Positions 29,276-38,900 are shown, numbered from the stretch's first letter. The stretch is 64,000 nt of DNA from Patescibacteria group bacterium (GCA_038323715.1 JBBQHF010000001.1:45549-109548), one strand, 5' to 3'. Translations and numbers: made by a program. Notes: generated from the sequence alone by a model not told the origin.

Positions 29276-30124
29276 CTATAATAATTTGTTTGCTGCTTTA
29301 ATTCTGGTAAATTGTTTGCCTATTCTGTCTGAGTACGAACTTCTAACCATTATATCTTTTCTAAAATAAAGATAATGGATTTTACCGCGACAATTATATT
29401 CTAATATGAATTTAAATGTTTTAGTTTTTAGAAGCTGTATTAAGGGCGCCAAGTCTATAAACGGATCCAGTTCTTTTTCTTCTTCTAACTTTATGAGAGA
29501 AATTTTTTGGAATGGGTAAGCTTTGAGCGCCTGCCCTCTAATACTAGTAGTACTCCAAAATCGTAGTAAGCCATTCATCTTTTTCTCGGCAACTTTTTGA
29601 ATTTCGGCTAAAGCATTAATTTCAGCATTTTCTTTTCCAGAAATTAATTCACTAATCATTTCTTTTAGAATTCTGTTAATTCCTTTTGGATGATCTGTAT
29701 TAAAATCTAAAGAAATTTGTGCCTGATATGCCCTTAGGATTCTTTCGGCCGCTTTGTTTGAGGTAGCAAAATCTTTTTTCGTTATTTCTTTAATCGTGGA
29801 GCGCCCATCTGGAGAGATTTTGTAACCCATTCCGATTAAAGTTGTTAAAGAATGTGTATTTTGACCCTCTTTTTCGTTAATCCATAATTGAATTTTGTTT
29901 TTGTTTTTAATTTCAAAATCAATTAATTTTTTAAGTTCGCCTTCTGTTTCTGGTCCAATATCTATGATGTATATTTCATCATCATCGTTGAGTTCGTGCT
30001 CAACCATGGCGTTTACATCGGAGGGCTCTATTTGAACATGACCTCCAAGTTGTAAAAAAAGAGTTGCGGCGGGGAAGATGAGATAGGGCTCATTTCTGTT
30101 AAAAAAAACAATTTTTCTTTTCAT
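29276..30124 (-). CDS. Orphan hypothetical protein (possibly a degenerate DHH-like fold)
   Basis: 282 aa non-overlapping ORF with own promoter; weak motif spacing resemblance only. Confidence 0.7.
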   Translation of the reverse strand: MKRKIVFFNRNEPYLIFPAATLFLQLGGHVQIEPSDVNAMVEHELNDDDEIYIIDIGPETEGELKKLIDFEIKNKNKIQLWINEKEGQNTHSLTTLIGMGYKISPDGRSTIKEITKKDFATSNKAAERILRAYQAQISLDFNTDHPKGINRILKEMISELISGKENAEINALAEIQKVAEKKMNGLLRFWSTTSIRGQALKAYPFQKISLIKLEEEKELDPFIDLAPLIQLLKTKTFKFILEYNCRGKIHYLYFRKDIMVRSSYSDRIGKQFTRIKAANKLL

Positions 30125-30178
30125 GATGCGATTAGTTTTTAAAGTTCAACTTATATTTATTTAGCATTTATGCTTTTT

Positions 30179-30207
30179 ATACTAAAACCTTTTTAATTAT
30201 TTGTCAA
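30179..30207 (-). promoter_or_regulatory. Sigma70 promoter for the orphan ORF
   Basis: Minus strand TTGACA (30207-30202), 17 nt, TAGTAT. Confidence 0.7.
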
Positions 30208-30250
30208 TTATCGGTTTAAACAGGTATAATGATTTTATACTAAAAATAAA

Positions 30251-30814
30251 ATGTTAACTAAACAAAGAAAAATTATTTTAAATGGGCAAGAAATAGCTTA
30301 TTCGCTTAAATCTTATCGTACCTCTAGACGTTTGCGTCTTATGATTTATGGTAATGGGGAGATTTCTGTTACTAAGCCCACCTTTGTAAACGAAAAAGCA
30401 GTTGTCGATTTTTTACAAAGCCGGGCGGCCTGGATTACTGGCAAGATAAATAATACCAAATTTGTTCCCGGAAACCCAGTTACCGAAGATACGCTGGCTA
30501 ATTATAAACGCCATAAAGACAGGGCGGAGGCGATGATTAACGATCGCTTGGTTTATTTTAATAGATTCTATGGTTTTAAGTATCAAGCTGTGAGGATAAG
30601 ACGTCAAAAAACTAGGTGGGGCAGCTGTTCTAAAAATGGTAATCTAAGTTTTAACTATCGCATTTTATTTCTTACTCCGGCTGAGGCCGATTATATTATT
30701 GTCCATGAACTTTGTCATCTTAAAGAGTTTAACCATTCTCCTAATTTTTGGGCCTTAGTCGCTCAAACAATTCCAGATTATCGTGCCTTGCGGGGCAAGC
30801 TAAAAGTGGTCTAA
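30251..30814 (+). CDS. YgjP/DUF45 (M48-like) zinc-dependent hydrolase
   Basis: QKTRWGSCS, YIIVHELCHL, NHS..FW. Confidence 0.92.
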   Translation: MLTKQRKIILNGQEIAYSLKSYRTSRRLRLMIYGNGEISVTKPTFVNEKAVVDFLQSRAAWITGKINNTKFVPGNPVTEDTLANYKRHKDRAEAMINDRLVYFNRFYGFKYQAVRIRRQKTRWGSCSKNGNLSFNYRILFLTPAEADYIIVHELCHLKEFNHSPNFWALVAQTIPDYRALRGKLKVV

Positions 30815-30865
30815 TAATGATAAATTTGCTATAATAATGGCATCTAATAAATTAATTTTAAATAT

Positions 30866-31459
30866 ATGTTCACTTTAAAATCTTTGCCGTTTGCTAAAAA
30901 TGCGCTTGAGCCGTATATGTCTGAAAAAACTCTTGATTTCCATTATGGTAAACATCATCAGGCCTATGTAGATAATTTAAATAAACTGATTGAGGGGACC
31001 GAGTTAGCTAATCTTTCTTTGGAGGAAATAGTGCTTAAATCTTTTGAGAAAAATGAGATGACGGCTATTTTTAATAATGCTGCTCAAGTTTTCAATCACA
31101 ATATCTTTTGGGACTCATTAAGTAGCAAGGCTGAAGATAGAATAATTCCCGAAGAGGTTCTGAGTCTAATTAACTCATCTTTTGGTTCGTTGGAAAATTT
31201 CTATACTCAATTTAAAACAGTTGCCTTGAGTCAGTTTGGCAGCGGTTGGACTTGGCTAGTTAAGAGCGACAAAGGTTTAGAAATTATTAAAACTCCAAAT
31301 GCGGAAAACCCTCTAGTAAGAAGTTTGAAACCAATTTTAGCACTTGATGTTTGGGAACATTCTTATTATTTAGATTATCAAAATAGACGCGCTGACTTTG
31401 TTGACGCAATCATGATGAACTTATTCAATTGGAGTTTTGCTCTTGCTAATATTTCCTAA
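30866..31459 (+). CDS. sodB: Superoxide dismutase, Fe-type signature
   Basis: HYGKHH, NNAAQVFNH, FGSGW, DVWEHSYY. Confidence 0.93.
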   Translation: MFTLKSLPFAKNALEPYMSEKTLDFHYGKHHQAYVDNLNKLIEGTELANLSLEEIVLKSFEKNEMTAIFNNAAQVFNHNIFWDSLSSKAEDRIIPEEVLSLINSSFGSLENFYTQFKTVALSQFGSGWTWLVKSDKGLEIIKTPNAENPLVRSLKPILALDVWEHSYYLDYQNRRADFVDAIMMNLFNWSFALANIS

Positions 31460-31464
31460 AATTC

Positions 31465-32148
31465 ATGTATAAAAATCCCTACATAAAAATACAACCAAAA
31501 ACTAAGCGACCATATACCGAAATTTTATTAATTAGGCATTGCCATCCAAATTATAAAATGGCTAAAAAAATGGGCGACATGGATATGCCTCTTTCAGTTG
31601 TCGGCTTAAAGCAGAGACGATACTTAACCAAGCGTTTATTGAATTCCAAGGTGGATATTGTTTGCTCCAGCGAATTTGCCAGAGCCAAGGAAACAGCTGC
31701 TGATTTTATTAAAAAATCAGGAAAGAAACTAATAGTAAATAACAGGCTCAATGAATTTGATTGGAAGGATTGGTATAGAATAAAATATTTTAACATGACC
31801 GAGAAAGAACGCGAAAAACGTTTGAAGCGTCATGAGGTTCTTGATAAAGAGTTGGATAAAATGCAAACTGCCGCCAGAAGAGCGGTCGCGGAGATATTTC
31901 GTGAGTTCAAGGGAAAAAAAATTGCCATCTTCTGCCATGGTAATTTTATCAAATCAATTTTAACGGGAATTTTAAATGCTGATATTATTGGGTTTTTATC
32001 TTTAGAAATATTTCAATCTTCTATTAGTAAAATAATAGTTGATCGTGATGGTTATATAAAAATAGTTTATATAAATGATGTTCATCACTTACCGGCCCCA
32101 CCGAATAAAGACGTATTCGTAACATTATTAGATTATGAGGAAAAATAG
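31465..32148 (+). CDS. Histidine phosphatase superfamily protein
   Basis: LLIRHC, SS...RAKETA, LNE, CHG..I, ND..HL. Confidence 0.85.
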   Translation: MYKNPYIKIQPKTKRPYTEILLIRHCHPNYKMAKKMGDMDMPLSVVGLKQRRYLTKRLLNSKVDIVCSSEFARAKETAADFIKKSGKKLIVNNRLNEFDWKDWYRIKYFNMTEKEREKRLKRHEVLDKELDKMQTAARRAVAEIFREFKGKKIAIFCHGNFIKSILTGILNADIIGFLSLEIFQSSISKIIVDRDGYIKIVYINDVHHLPAPPNKDVFVTLLDYEEK

Positions 32149-33469
32149 ATTACAACTATTATCTTTTGCACTTGGTTTAATAGTATTTTGTTTGAGTTTT
32201 TTAATTAGCCAAACAGTTGAGGCCGCTAGTTTAAGTGGCCGTATTTTATTACAAGTACAAGATAAGGGCCAGGCTTGGTATGTCGACCCGGTAAGCGTTA
32301 CCAGATATTACCTTGGTCGCCCTGATGATGCTTTTAAAATAATGCGTGATTTTGGTCTCGGCGTTTCTAATAATGATTTGAGCTCGTTTATTTCTACGAA
32401 GGCCCCCACTCGCTTAGCTGGTCGCATAGTTTTAAAGGTCCAAGATAAAGGGCAAGCTTATTATGTTAATCCTTTAAATTTAAAATTATATTATTTAGGA
32501 AGACCTGATGATGCCTTTGCCGTTATTAGAAGTTTAGGACTCGGGATTACTAATAGTGACCTTAATAAAATTGCTATTGGGACTACTTCAGCTAGTCAAA
32601 CGGCTAATTTAGCCCCAACGAGCCAAACTGTTTATAGTGAGACTAAGACCTTTACTTTTAAATATAAAAACACTAGTCAAAGCCTCTCATTGCAGTTATC
32701 GCCGACTATATATAAAAGCTATCAAGCCGCTCCGAAAGTGTATAGCTACCCCGCTAATAACCCACCAGCTAACTTGAGTGAGTCTTTTTATGGTTTATTT
32801 TTGCAAATTAAAAAGGATGATTTATCAATTTCCGATATAGTGTCCAGTCTTTCAAATAAAGCAAAAAATAATAACTGGTCAGATGATGAGTTAGCAGAAA
32901 GTGCCTTGGCGCTTGTCCAATACATTACCTATGATAAGGCTAAGGCAGATTCTAGTGTTAATAATCCTTATTATCCTTATGAAACCCTATATCTAAAGAC
33001 TGGCGTTTGTTCGGACAAAACTTTCTTAGCGGTTTCTATTTTGCGTAAATTGGGGTATGGAGCAGCAATAATGAATTTTCCAGATATTAATCATAGCGCT
33101 GCGGGAATCGCCTGCCCAGTTGAATATTCTATCTCCGGCTCTGGTTATTGCTATGTTGAAGTTACAAATTATTTTCCCATTAGCGTAGTCCCTAATAGTA
33201 TTCAGGGGCAAGCTCAGGTTGATGATTATAGTTTTGATACGCTTTTTGATGAATCAAAATTGGGTAGTATAGAAATAGTACAAAAAAGTTCCGGCAAAAT
33301 ATATTATGGCGCTAGTATCGTTCACCAAAAAGTAGCGGAAATGTCTTTGCTGTATAATGAAATAAAATCCTTGCGCGCTGGAGGGAGCTTTGATTATCAG
33401 GGAGCGGTTGATTATAATCAAAAGGTAAGCACCTTTAACGACCTGGTGCGTAAATTTTATCAACAATAG
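32135..33469 (+). CDS. Secreted transglutaminase-like protein with N-terminal tandem repeats
   Basis: Signal peptide; two GRI.L.VQDKGQA.YV.P repeats; YPYETL...GVCSDK, NH, YVE.T core. Confidence 0.75.
   Translation: MRKNRLQLLSFALGLIVFCLSFLISQTVEAASLSGRILLQVQDKGQAWYVDPVSVTRYYLGRPDDAFKIMRDFGLGVSNNDLSSFISTKAPTRLAGRIVLKVQDKGQAYYVNPLNLKLYYLGRPDDAFAVIRSLGLGITNSDLNKIAIGTTSASQTANLAPTSQTVYSETKTFTFKYKNTSQSLSLQLSPTIYKSYQAAPKVYSYPANNPPANLSESFYGLFLQIKKDDLSISDIVSSLSNKAKNNNWSDDELAESALALVQYITYDKAKADSSVNNPYYPYETLYLKTGVCSDKTFLAVSILRKLGYGAAIMNFPDINHSAAGIACPVEYSISGSGYCYVEVTNYFPISVVPNSIQGQAQVDDYSFDTLFDESKLGSIEIVQKSSGKIYYGASIVHQKVAEMSLLYNEIKSLRAGGSFDYQGAVDYNQKVSTFNDLVRKFYQQ
32231..32572 (+). repeat. Intragenic tandem repeat, two copies with 61-aa period
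   Basis: LSGRILLQVQDKGQAWYVDP...YYLGRPDDAF...GLGVSN.DL versus LAGRIVLKVQDKGQAYYVNP...YYLGRPDDAF...GLGITN.DL. Confidence 0.9.
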
Positions 33470-33472
33470 TGT

Positions 33473-33934
33473 ATGTTGGATATTACCGTGGTAGCATTTG
33501 GTAAAATAAAAACTAAATATTTTGATTTAGCGGCTGGTGAGTATCTAAAAAGACTTAAGCCATACGCTAGAATCAGAATTGAAGAATTAAAACTTGAATC
33601 TTTTTCGCAATCCAGTCAAGAAGTTGCTAAGAAAGAAGAGGGAAATCGTCTGCAGGATTATTTAAACCGCAAATCAGGTTCAGCGGTTTTTTTGTTAGCG
33701 GAAAAAGGGGAAGAATGTGACTCTATTAAGTTTTCTAAAAAATTATTTAATTTAAATCAGCCAATCATTTTAATTATTGGTGGGACTTTAGGCTTCACTG
33801 AAGAAATATTTAACAAGTATAATAAAATTTCTTTATCAAAATTAACTTTTCCGCATGAGCTGGCGCGAGTTATTCTGCTTGAGCAAATTTATCGCGCCGT
33901 TACAATTTTTAATAACAAAAGTTATCATTATTAA
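33473..33934 (+). CDS. rlmH: 23S rRNA m3Psi1915 methyltransferase
   Basis: EYLKRL, IIGG..G, SLSKLTFPH.LAR..LLEQIYRA, YH. Confidence 0.95.
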   Translation: MLDITVVAFGKIKTKYFDLAAGEYLKRLKPYARIRIEELKLESFSQSSQEVAKKEEGNRLQDYLNRKSGSAVFLLAEKGEECDSIKFSKKLFNLNQPIILIIGGTLGFTEEIFNKYNKISLSKLTFPHELARVILLEQIYRAVTIFNNKSYHY

Positions 33935-33935
33935 T

Positions 33936-34664
33936 ATGTCTGTTTTTCCTGATATTTCTAGAGAGCTTAATATCTTAGCCGATAAACAACAAGCGCTTAT
34001 TTTGCAGCGCTTTTTTAAAACTGGAAAAGGTCAGTATGGAGAAGGGGATATTTTTTTAGGAATTAGAGTCCCAGTTGCTCGCCAGGTTGCTTTAAAATAT
34101 AAAATAGCGACCATGACCGACGTTTCTAAATTATTAAAAAGTAAATTTCATGAATATCGCCTAGTCGGGCTTTTTATTTTAATTAAAAAATATGAAGACT
34201 CTAAAAATATTATTGAAAGAAAAACAATATTTAATTTTTATTTAAAAAATACCCGCTATATTAATAATTGGGACTTAGTAGATTTAAGCGCCCCTAAAAT
34301 AGTAGGTAATTTTTTATTTAATTATATTAATCAGAAAGAGATTAAGAATATTCTCGGTGAGATGGCGCACTCCAATAACTTATGGGAAAAAAGAATTGCC
34401 ATTGTCGCCACCTTCTATTTTATTCGCCAAGGGAGCACGAAGGAGGTTTTTTATATATCTGAAATTTTATTATCTGATAAACATGACTTAATTCATAAGG
34501 CGGTTGGTTGGATGTTGAGGGAGGCGGGTAAGAGAATTGGGACAAGGGAATTACTAGATTTCTTAAAAAAATATGGTAAAGTGATGCCTAGAACGGCGTT
34601 GCGGTATTCTATAGAGCGTTTTCCCGAAAAGCAACGGAAATCCCTTCTGGATTGTCGTTTCTAG
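33936..34664 (+). CDS. DNA alkylation repair protein (AlkD-like HEAT repeat)
   Basis: FFKTGKGQYGEGD.FLG..VP, NNWDLVD, HKAVGWMLRE.GK, MPRT.LRY.IE; ATG at 33936 preferred. Confidence 0.9.
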   Translation: MSVFPDISRELNILADKQQALILQRFFKTGKGQYGEGDIFLGIRVPVARQVALKYKIATMTDVSKLLKSKFHEYRLVGLFILIKKYEDSKNIIERKTIFNFYLKNTRYINNWDLVDLSAPKIVGNFLFNYINQKEIKNILGEMAHSNNLWEKRIAIVATFYFIRQGSTKEVFYISEILLSDKHDLIHKAVGWMLREAGKRIGTRELLDFLKKYGKVMPRTALRYSIERFPEKQRKSLLDCRF

Positions 34665-34710
34665 TGCTTGTGCTATAATTTCATTACTTATTAAGTTAAT
34701 AAATAATTAT

Positions 34711-35490
34711 ATGTCAGACAATAATTTACAGTCATTATCATGGAAGAGCCCAAAAAGTTGGCTTATGCTAATTGGTATTATTTTGTTAGCTGGCGTCATC
34801 GTGATTTCTATCTTAAGAGACCGAATCGTCAATCAAACATTTAAGCAAGTTACCGTTACTGGGCAAGGTAGAGTTTCTTATAGTCCAGATTTAGCGATTG
34901 TTACCCTGGGGGTCCAAATTGACAAAGTAGCAAAAGCCGAGGATGCTTTAAATCAACTTAACGCCAAAATGGAAAATATTATTAAAGCTGTCAAAATTTA
35001 TGATATTTCAGATAGTGATATCCAAACTCAGAATTATTCTTTATATCCCCAGTATGATTATAAAGATAACATTTCAAGCGTTACTGGCTATAATGCCAAT
35101 GAACAGTTGGTTATTAAGGTTTCTAATTATGATAAAGACCCCAGCCGTTTAAATAAGGTTATCGCTGATGCTTCAAAAGCGGGGGCTAATCAAGTTGCCG
35201 GGTTAACTTTTGATTCCTCTTATTTAAATGATTTGAAGCAACAGGCTAGAGTGGCCGCCATTAAGGATGCTAAAAATAAAAGTGGAGAATTGGCGGATGC
35301 GGCTGGTGTGGAGCTAAAGAATGTTGGTGGTTGGTGGGAAAATATTGTTCAACCTTTGCCGTATTCTTCTTATGGTTATGAAAAAGGAGGAATGGGCGCT
35401 GGTGGAGCTGGGGGTGTGGTTGATCCCCAGATTAATTCCGGAAGTAGAGAAGTGGTAGTAGAGGTTGGCGTCACTTATAATCTTAAATAA
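34711..35490 (+). CDS. SIMPL/DUF541 domain protein
   Basis: TM anchor; VTVTG.G.V...PD.A, IQT.NY...PQY, GAN, A..DAK.K...LA. Confidence 0.9.
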   Translation: MSDNNLQSLSWKSPKSWLMLIGIILLAGVIVISILRDRIVNQTFKQVTVTGQGRVSYSPDLAIVTLGVQIDKVAKAEDALNQLNAKMENIIKAVKIYDISDSDIQTQNYSLYPQYDYKDNISSVTGYNANEQLVIKVSNYDKDPSRLNKVIADASKAGANQVAGLTFDSSYLNDLKQQARVAAIKDAKNKSGELADAAGVELKNVGGWWENIVQPLPYSSYGYEKGGMGAGGAGGVVDPQINSGSREVVVEVGVTYNLK

Positions 35491-35525
35491 TCTATATTTT
35501 TAATAATTCATAAACTTTTATTAAT

Positions 35526-37994
35526 ATGAACGGGCAAGAAACTCTAGATCAAAGGAAGCGTTCTCTGTTTGGCAAAACAATTTTGATAGTTAATAGTAAT
35601 TCGGCCAATGACCCCCTTCATTCAAAAAAAAGTTTTATCAGAAAAGCTAAAACTCTTGGTCTAAAGATTATTGTTTTAGGAAGTGAGGCAACAACTTTCC
35701 AGCCATACGCTGATTATTGCATTAAGGCTAATACTGCAAATTATGCGGAGGCACTTACAGTTTTAGAATCTTTCTTGCAAAATCAACCAGAAATTAAGCT
35801 AGATGGCGTGGCTACATTTTTAGAAGATGATGTTTTATTAGTGTCTAAAATTGTTGATAAATATAAATTAATCGGGGTGCCATTTCGGGTCGCCAATCAA
35901 GCCAGAAACAAATATCTTTTTCGTGAATTCTGTTTGAATAACAGTTTGCCGGTTGTTAAGTTTAGAGAACTAAAAAATAATAAGGATTTAGAGGATGTAA
36001 TCAAGAATTTTTCATTCCCTTTGGTTGTTAAGCCCGCTTACGGTGCCGGGAGCGCTTTCGTGATGAGAGTTAATGATGCTGAAGAGTTAAGGGAAAGTTA
36101 TGATTATATTAAGAAAGAGATATCTCCCAAAGTTGAATCAGCTCTTACCGATGGGTTAGGAGTATTTATAGAAGAATATATAGATGGGGATGAGGTTGAT
36201 TTAGATATTTTGGTGCAAAATGGAAAAATAAAATTTTGCGCCATTTCTGATAACGGGCAAACTAAAGAACCTTTTTTTATTGAGACCACCAGGATGACTC
36301 CCTCTAACTTGCCGGCCAAGCATCAGGCGCAACTCCTTACCATGGTTGATGAGATGTTGGAAAAATTGGGAGTTTTAAATGGTTGTATTCATTTTGAAGC
36401 TAAAGCTACTTCTCAGGGGCCAATGCCGATAGAAATAAATTTAAGATTAGGTGGGGATGAAGTTTATGCTAGTGTTAAAGCGGCTTGGCGAATTGATTTG
36501 ATAGAAAATTATTTAAAAATAGTTTGCGGGGTTTATATTCCTAAATTTGAATTTCCATCAGGGCCGTATGCTTATTTGGTTGCTCAGACTTTTTCTTCAG
36601 AGCATTCCGGTATCTTAGTTAATTTGGAAATAAGTGATAACTTAAAGAAGTTACCATTTGTAGAAGAGTTCCAGTTTGAAAAGAAAATTGGAGACTCGGT
36701 AATGGCTCCACCCGATGGGTATGAGTACTTGGGTTGGATCTTGGTTTCCGGACATAACCCCCTTGATGCTCAAGACAATCTTCATTTAGCGGCGGATATG
36801 GTGAGCTATGATGTGGCCAAATTTCATCCAGCTTCTTCCATTGGGAAGACGGCTCGTAAAACGCCTTTTTCAATTTCAGCGGTTAATCGCGAGATGTTAA
36901 AAAGAGGGTCTAAGATAGAAAAAATCAGGCGCATGGCCATCTCCAATCAACGCAATTTACACATCGGGATAGCGTGTAATCTCTATAATGAGGGAAATCA
37001 AGATCAAGAAACCATGGTTGAAAATGATTTAACGGTCATTGGCAAAGAGATAGAAATTTCTCTGAAGGCGCGTGGCTATAAAGTAGATTTTTTTGATTTT
37101 AATGATTTGCCAAAAGTTTTTGATGAATTAAAAAATAGTGATGTTGATTTAGTGTTTAATGTTTGTGAACGTATTAATAATTCTAGTTTATTAGAGCCAC
37201 ACGTTGCCTCTATTTTTGATGTTTTGCAAATTCCTTATACCGGGTCAAATCCTTTTACGCTTGGTTTGTGTATTGATAAAATTAGAGTCAAAAAACTTTT
37301 AAATTATCATAAGATACCAACCCCAGAATGGGATTATATTTATTCTTTGGATGATGACATCAGAGATGATTTGCGTTATCCACTCATAGTTAAGCCGGCT
37401 AATACTGATAATTCAATTGGGATTACTAATGATTCGGTCGTTAAAAATGAAAAAGAATTACGTCGCCAATTAGAAAAGGTAATTGGCGAAATCGGTCGCC
37501 CGGCTTTAATAGAAGAATATATAGAAGGAGACGAATACGATGTCCCAGTAATTGGCCGCGATGATGATGATTTACGAGTTTTACCGTTATCGCGTTCTAT
37601 ATTTGATAATCTCCCGGCCGATAAGTGGCACATTTATCCTTTTGAGGCCAAATATACCGATGATCCGGTTTATAAAAAAATTATTGTACAACGCCCACCA
37701 AAAAATATCAGTAAAAAATTAGAAACTTTATTGGGAGAAATAGCGCTTGATACTTATCGCATCCTTGATTGTCATGATTACGGACGAATTGAAATAAGAG
37801 TTGATAAAAATAATAATCCTTACGTTCTAGAGCTAAACCCTAATCCTTCGTTAAATGAGGATGGCTGTTTTTCTATTTGTGCCAAAGTAGTTGGGATGGA
37901 TTACGGCGACTTCTTAGAGGAAATAATTAGATTGGCTATTAAGCGTTATAAAGATAATCCTCCTTATTATCATTTACAGCCGAACATTCTCTAA
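35526..37994 (+). CDS. Double ATP-grasp ligase: N-terminal L-amino-acid-ligase/carnosine-synthase-like domain plus C-terminal D-Ala-D-Ala-ligase-like domain
   Basis: Two full motif sets: VVKP..GAGS / EEYIDG / IEINLRLGG, and IPYTGS / IVKP / EEYIEG / EAKY / LELNPNP. Confidence 0.85.
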   Translation: MNGQETLDQRKRSLFGKTILIVNSNSANDPLHSKKSFIRKAKTLGLKIIVLGSEATTFQPYADYCIKANTANYAEALTVLESFLQNQPEIKLDGVATFLEDDVLLVSKIVDKYKLIGVPFRVANQARNKYLFREFCLNNSLPVVKFRELKNNKDLEDVIKNFSFPLVVKPAYGAGSAFVMRVNDAEELRESYDYIKKEISPKVESALTDGLGVFIEEYIDGDEVDLDILVQNGKIKFCAISDNGQTKEPFFIETTRMTPSNLPAKHQAQLLTMVDEMLEKLGVLNGCIHFEAKATSQGPMPIEINLRLGGDEVYASVKAAWRIDLIENYLKIVCGVYIPKFEFPSGPYAYLVAQTFSSEHSGILVNLEISDNLKKLPFVEEFQFEKKIGDSVMAPPDGYEYLGWILVSGHNPLDAQDNLHLAADMVSYDVAKFHPASSIGKTARKTPFSISAVNREMLKRGSKIEKIRRMAISNQRNLHIGIACNLYNEGNQDQETMVENDLTVIGKEIEISLKARGYKVDFFDFNDLPKVFDELKNSDVDLVFNVCERINNSSLLEPHVASIFDVLQIPYTGSNPFTLGLCIDKIRVKKLLNYHKIPTPEWDYIYSLDDDIRDDLRYPLIVKPANTDNSIGITNDSVVKNEKELRRQLEKVIGEIGRPALIEEYIEGDEYDVPVIGRDDDDLRVLPLSRSIFDNLPADKWHIYPFEAKYTDDPVYKKIIVQRPPKNISKKLETLLGEIALDTYRILDCHDYGRIEIRVDKNNNPYVLELNPNPSLNEDGCFSICAKVVGMDYGDFLEEIIRLAIKRYKDNPPYYHLQPNIL

Positions 37995-38000
37995 AACAAT

Positions 38001-38900
38001 ATGATTGATATCAGGCTAGTTAATGATTTAGAAACAGCTAAAAAAATTTGGGAAAAATTATCGCTTCAAGAATCTCTGTATGATTTATGGGATGTTCGGT
38101 ATTGCTTGTATAAAAAAAATCCTCATCCATTTTATTTTTATGTTGCTTACGATAACGAGCAGCCCGTTGCTTTATTGCCCTTAACGTACAATGAGAAAAA
38201 AAATTATTTAGAATTCATGGCGGAAAGTTTTATTGAAGATAATCGCTTATTTTTTTCTCCCGGGTATGAATATTTGTTGGCTGATTTCTTTAAAATTAAT
38301 TTTCCCCATCCGGTAAGAGTCTACGACTTAATGGGAGATAGCAATTTGATAACCGATTTACCGCTGGAGGATTATGTTTATGTCGCCGATGTAAGCGACT
38401 GTTCTAATTTTGATGAATATTTGATAAAATATTTTCCCGATAGACATCGTCGCCACAATTTTAAAGCAATATTTAAAAATTTAGAGAAAAGGCATGAATT
38501 AAAAATAGTTTATGATGATTTTTCTGATTTAGGCAACCTGTTTGATTTAAATGTTAAAAATTTTGCGGGCGAGTCTTATCTAAGAACAAAAGCCGAACGA
38601 CAAAGCTTTACTGATTTAATTGCTCTAGAATTAGATTGGAGTATGGTCACAATTTTGGTTGATGGGTCTAAGTTGGCCATTTCTCTGTCGGTAACTTATC
38701 AAAACGTTTATTATTATTTCATTTCCGGAGCTGACAATTCTGAAGTAAAAGATATCTTTAAATATTTAACCAAGGTTAATATTGAACAGGCGATAGAGAA
38801 GGGGGTTAAAGTATTCAACTCATCTCTTGGTGATTGTAATTGGAAGCAGTATTGGCATTTTGATAAATTATCTAGGTATAAGTTCGAAAAAAATACCTAA
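38001..38900 (+). CDS. GNAT-fold protein (Acetyltransf_6/FemAB-related)
   Basis: VALLPL, FDEYL...RR, G.KLA, YYY, IEQAIE.G...F...G...WK..W pattern. Confidence 0.7.
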   Translation: MIDIRLVNDLETAKKIWEKLSLQESLYDLWDVRYCLYKKNPHPFYFYVAYDNEQPVALLPLTYNEKKNYLEFMAESFIEDNRLFFSPGYEYLLADFFKINFPHPVRVYDLMGDSNLITDLPLEDYVYVADVSDCSNFDEYLIKYFPDRHRRHNFKAIFKNLEKRHELKIVYDDFSDLGNLFDLNVKNFAGESYLRTKAERQSFTDLIALELDWSMVTILVDGSKLAISLSVTYQNVYYYFISGADNSEVKDIFKYLTKVNIEQAIEKGVKVFNSSLGDCNWKQYWHFDKLSRYKFEKNT

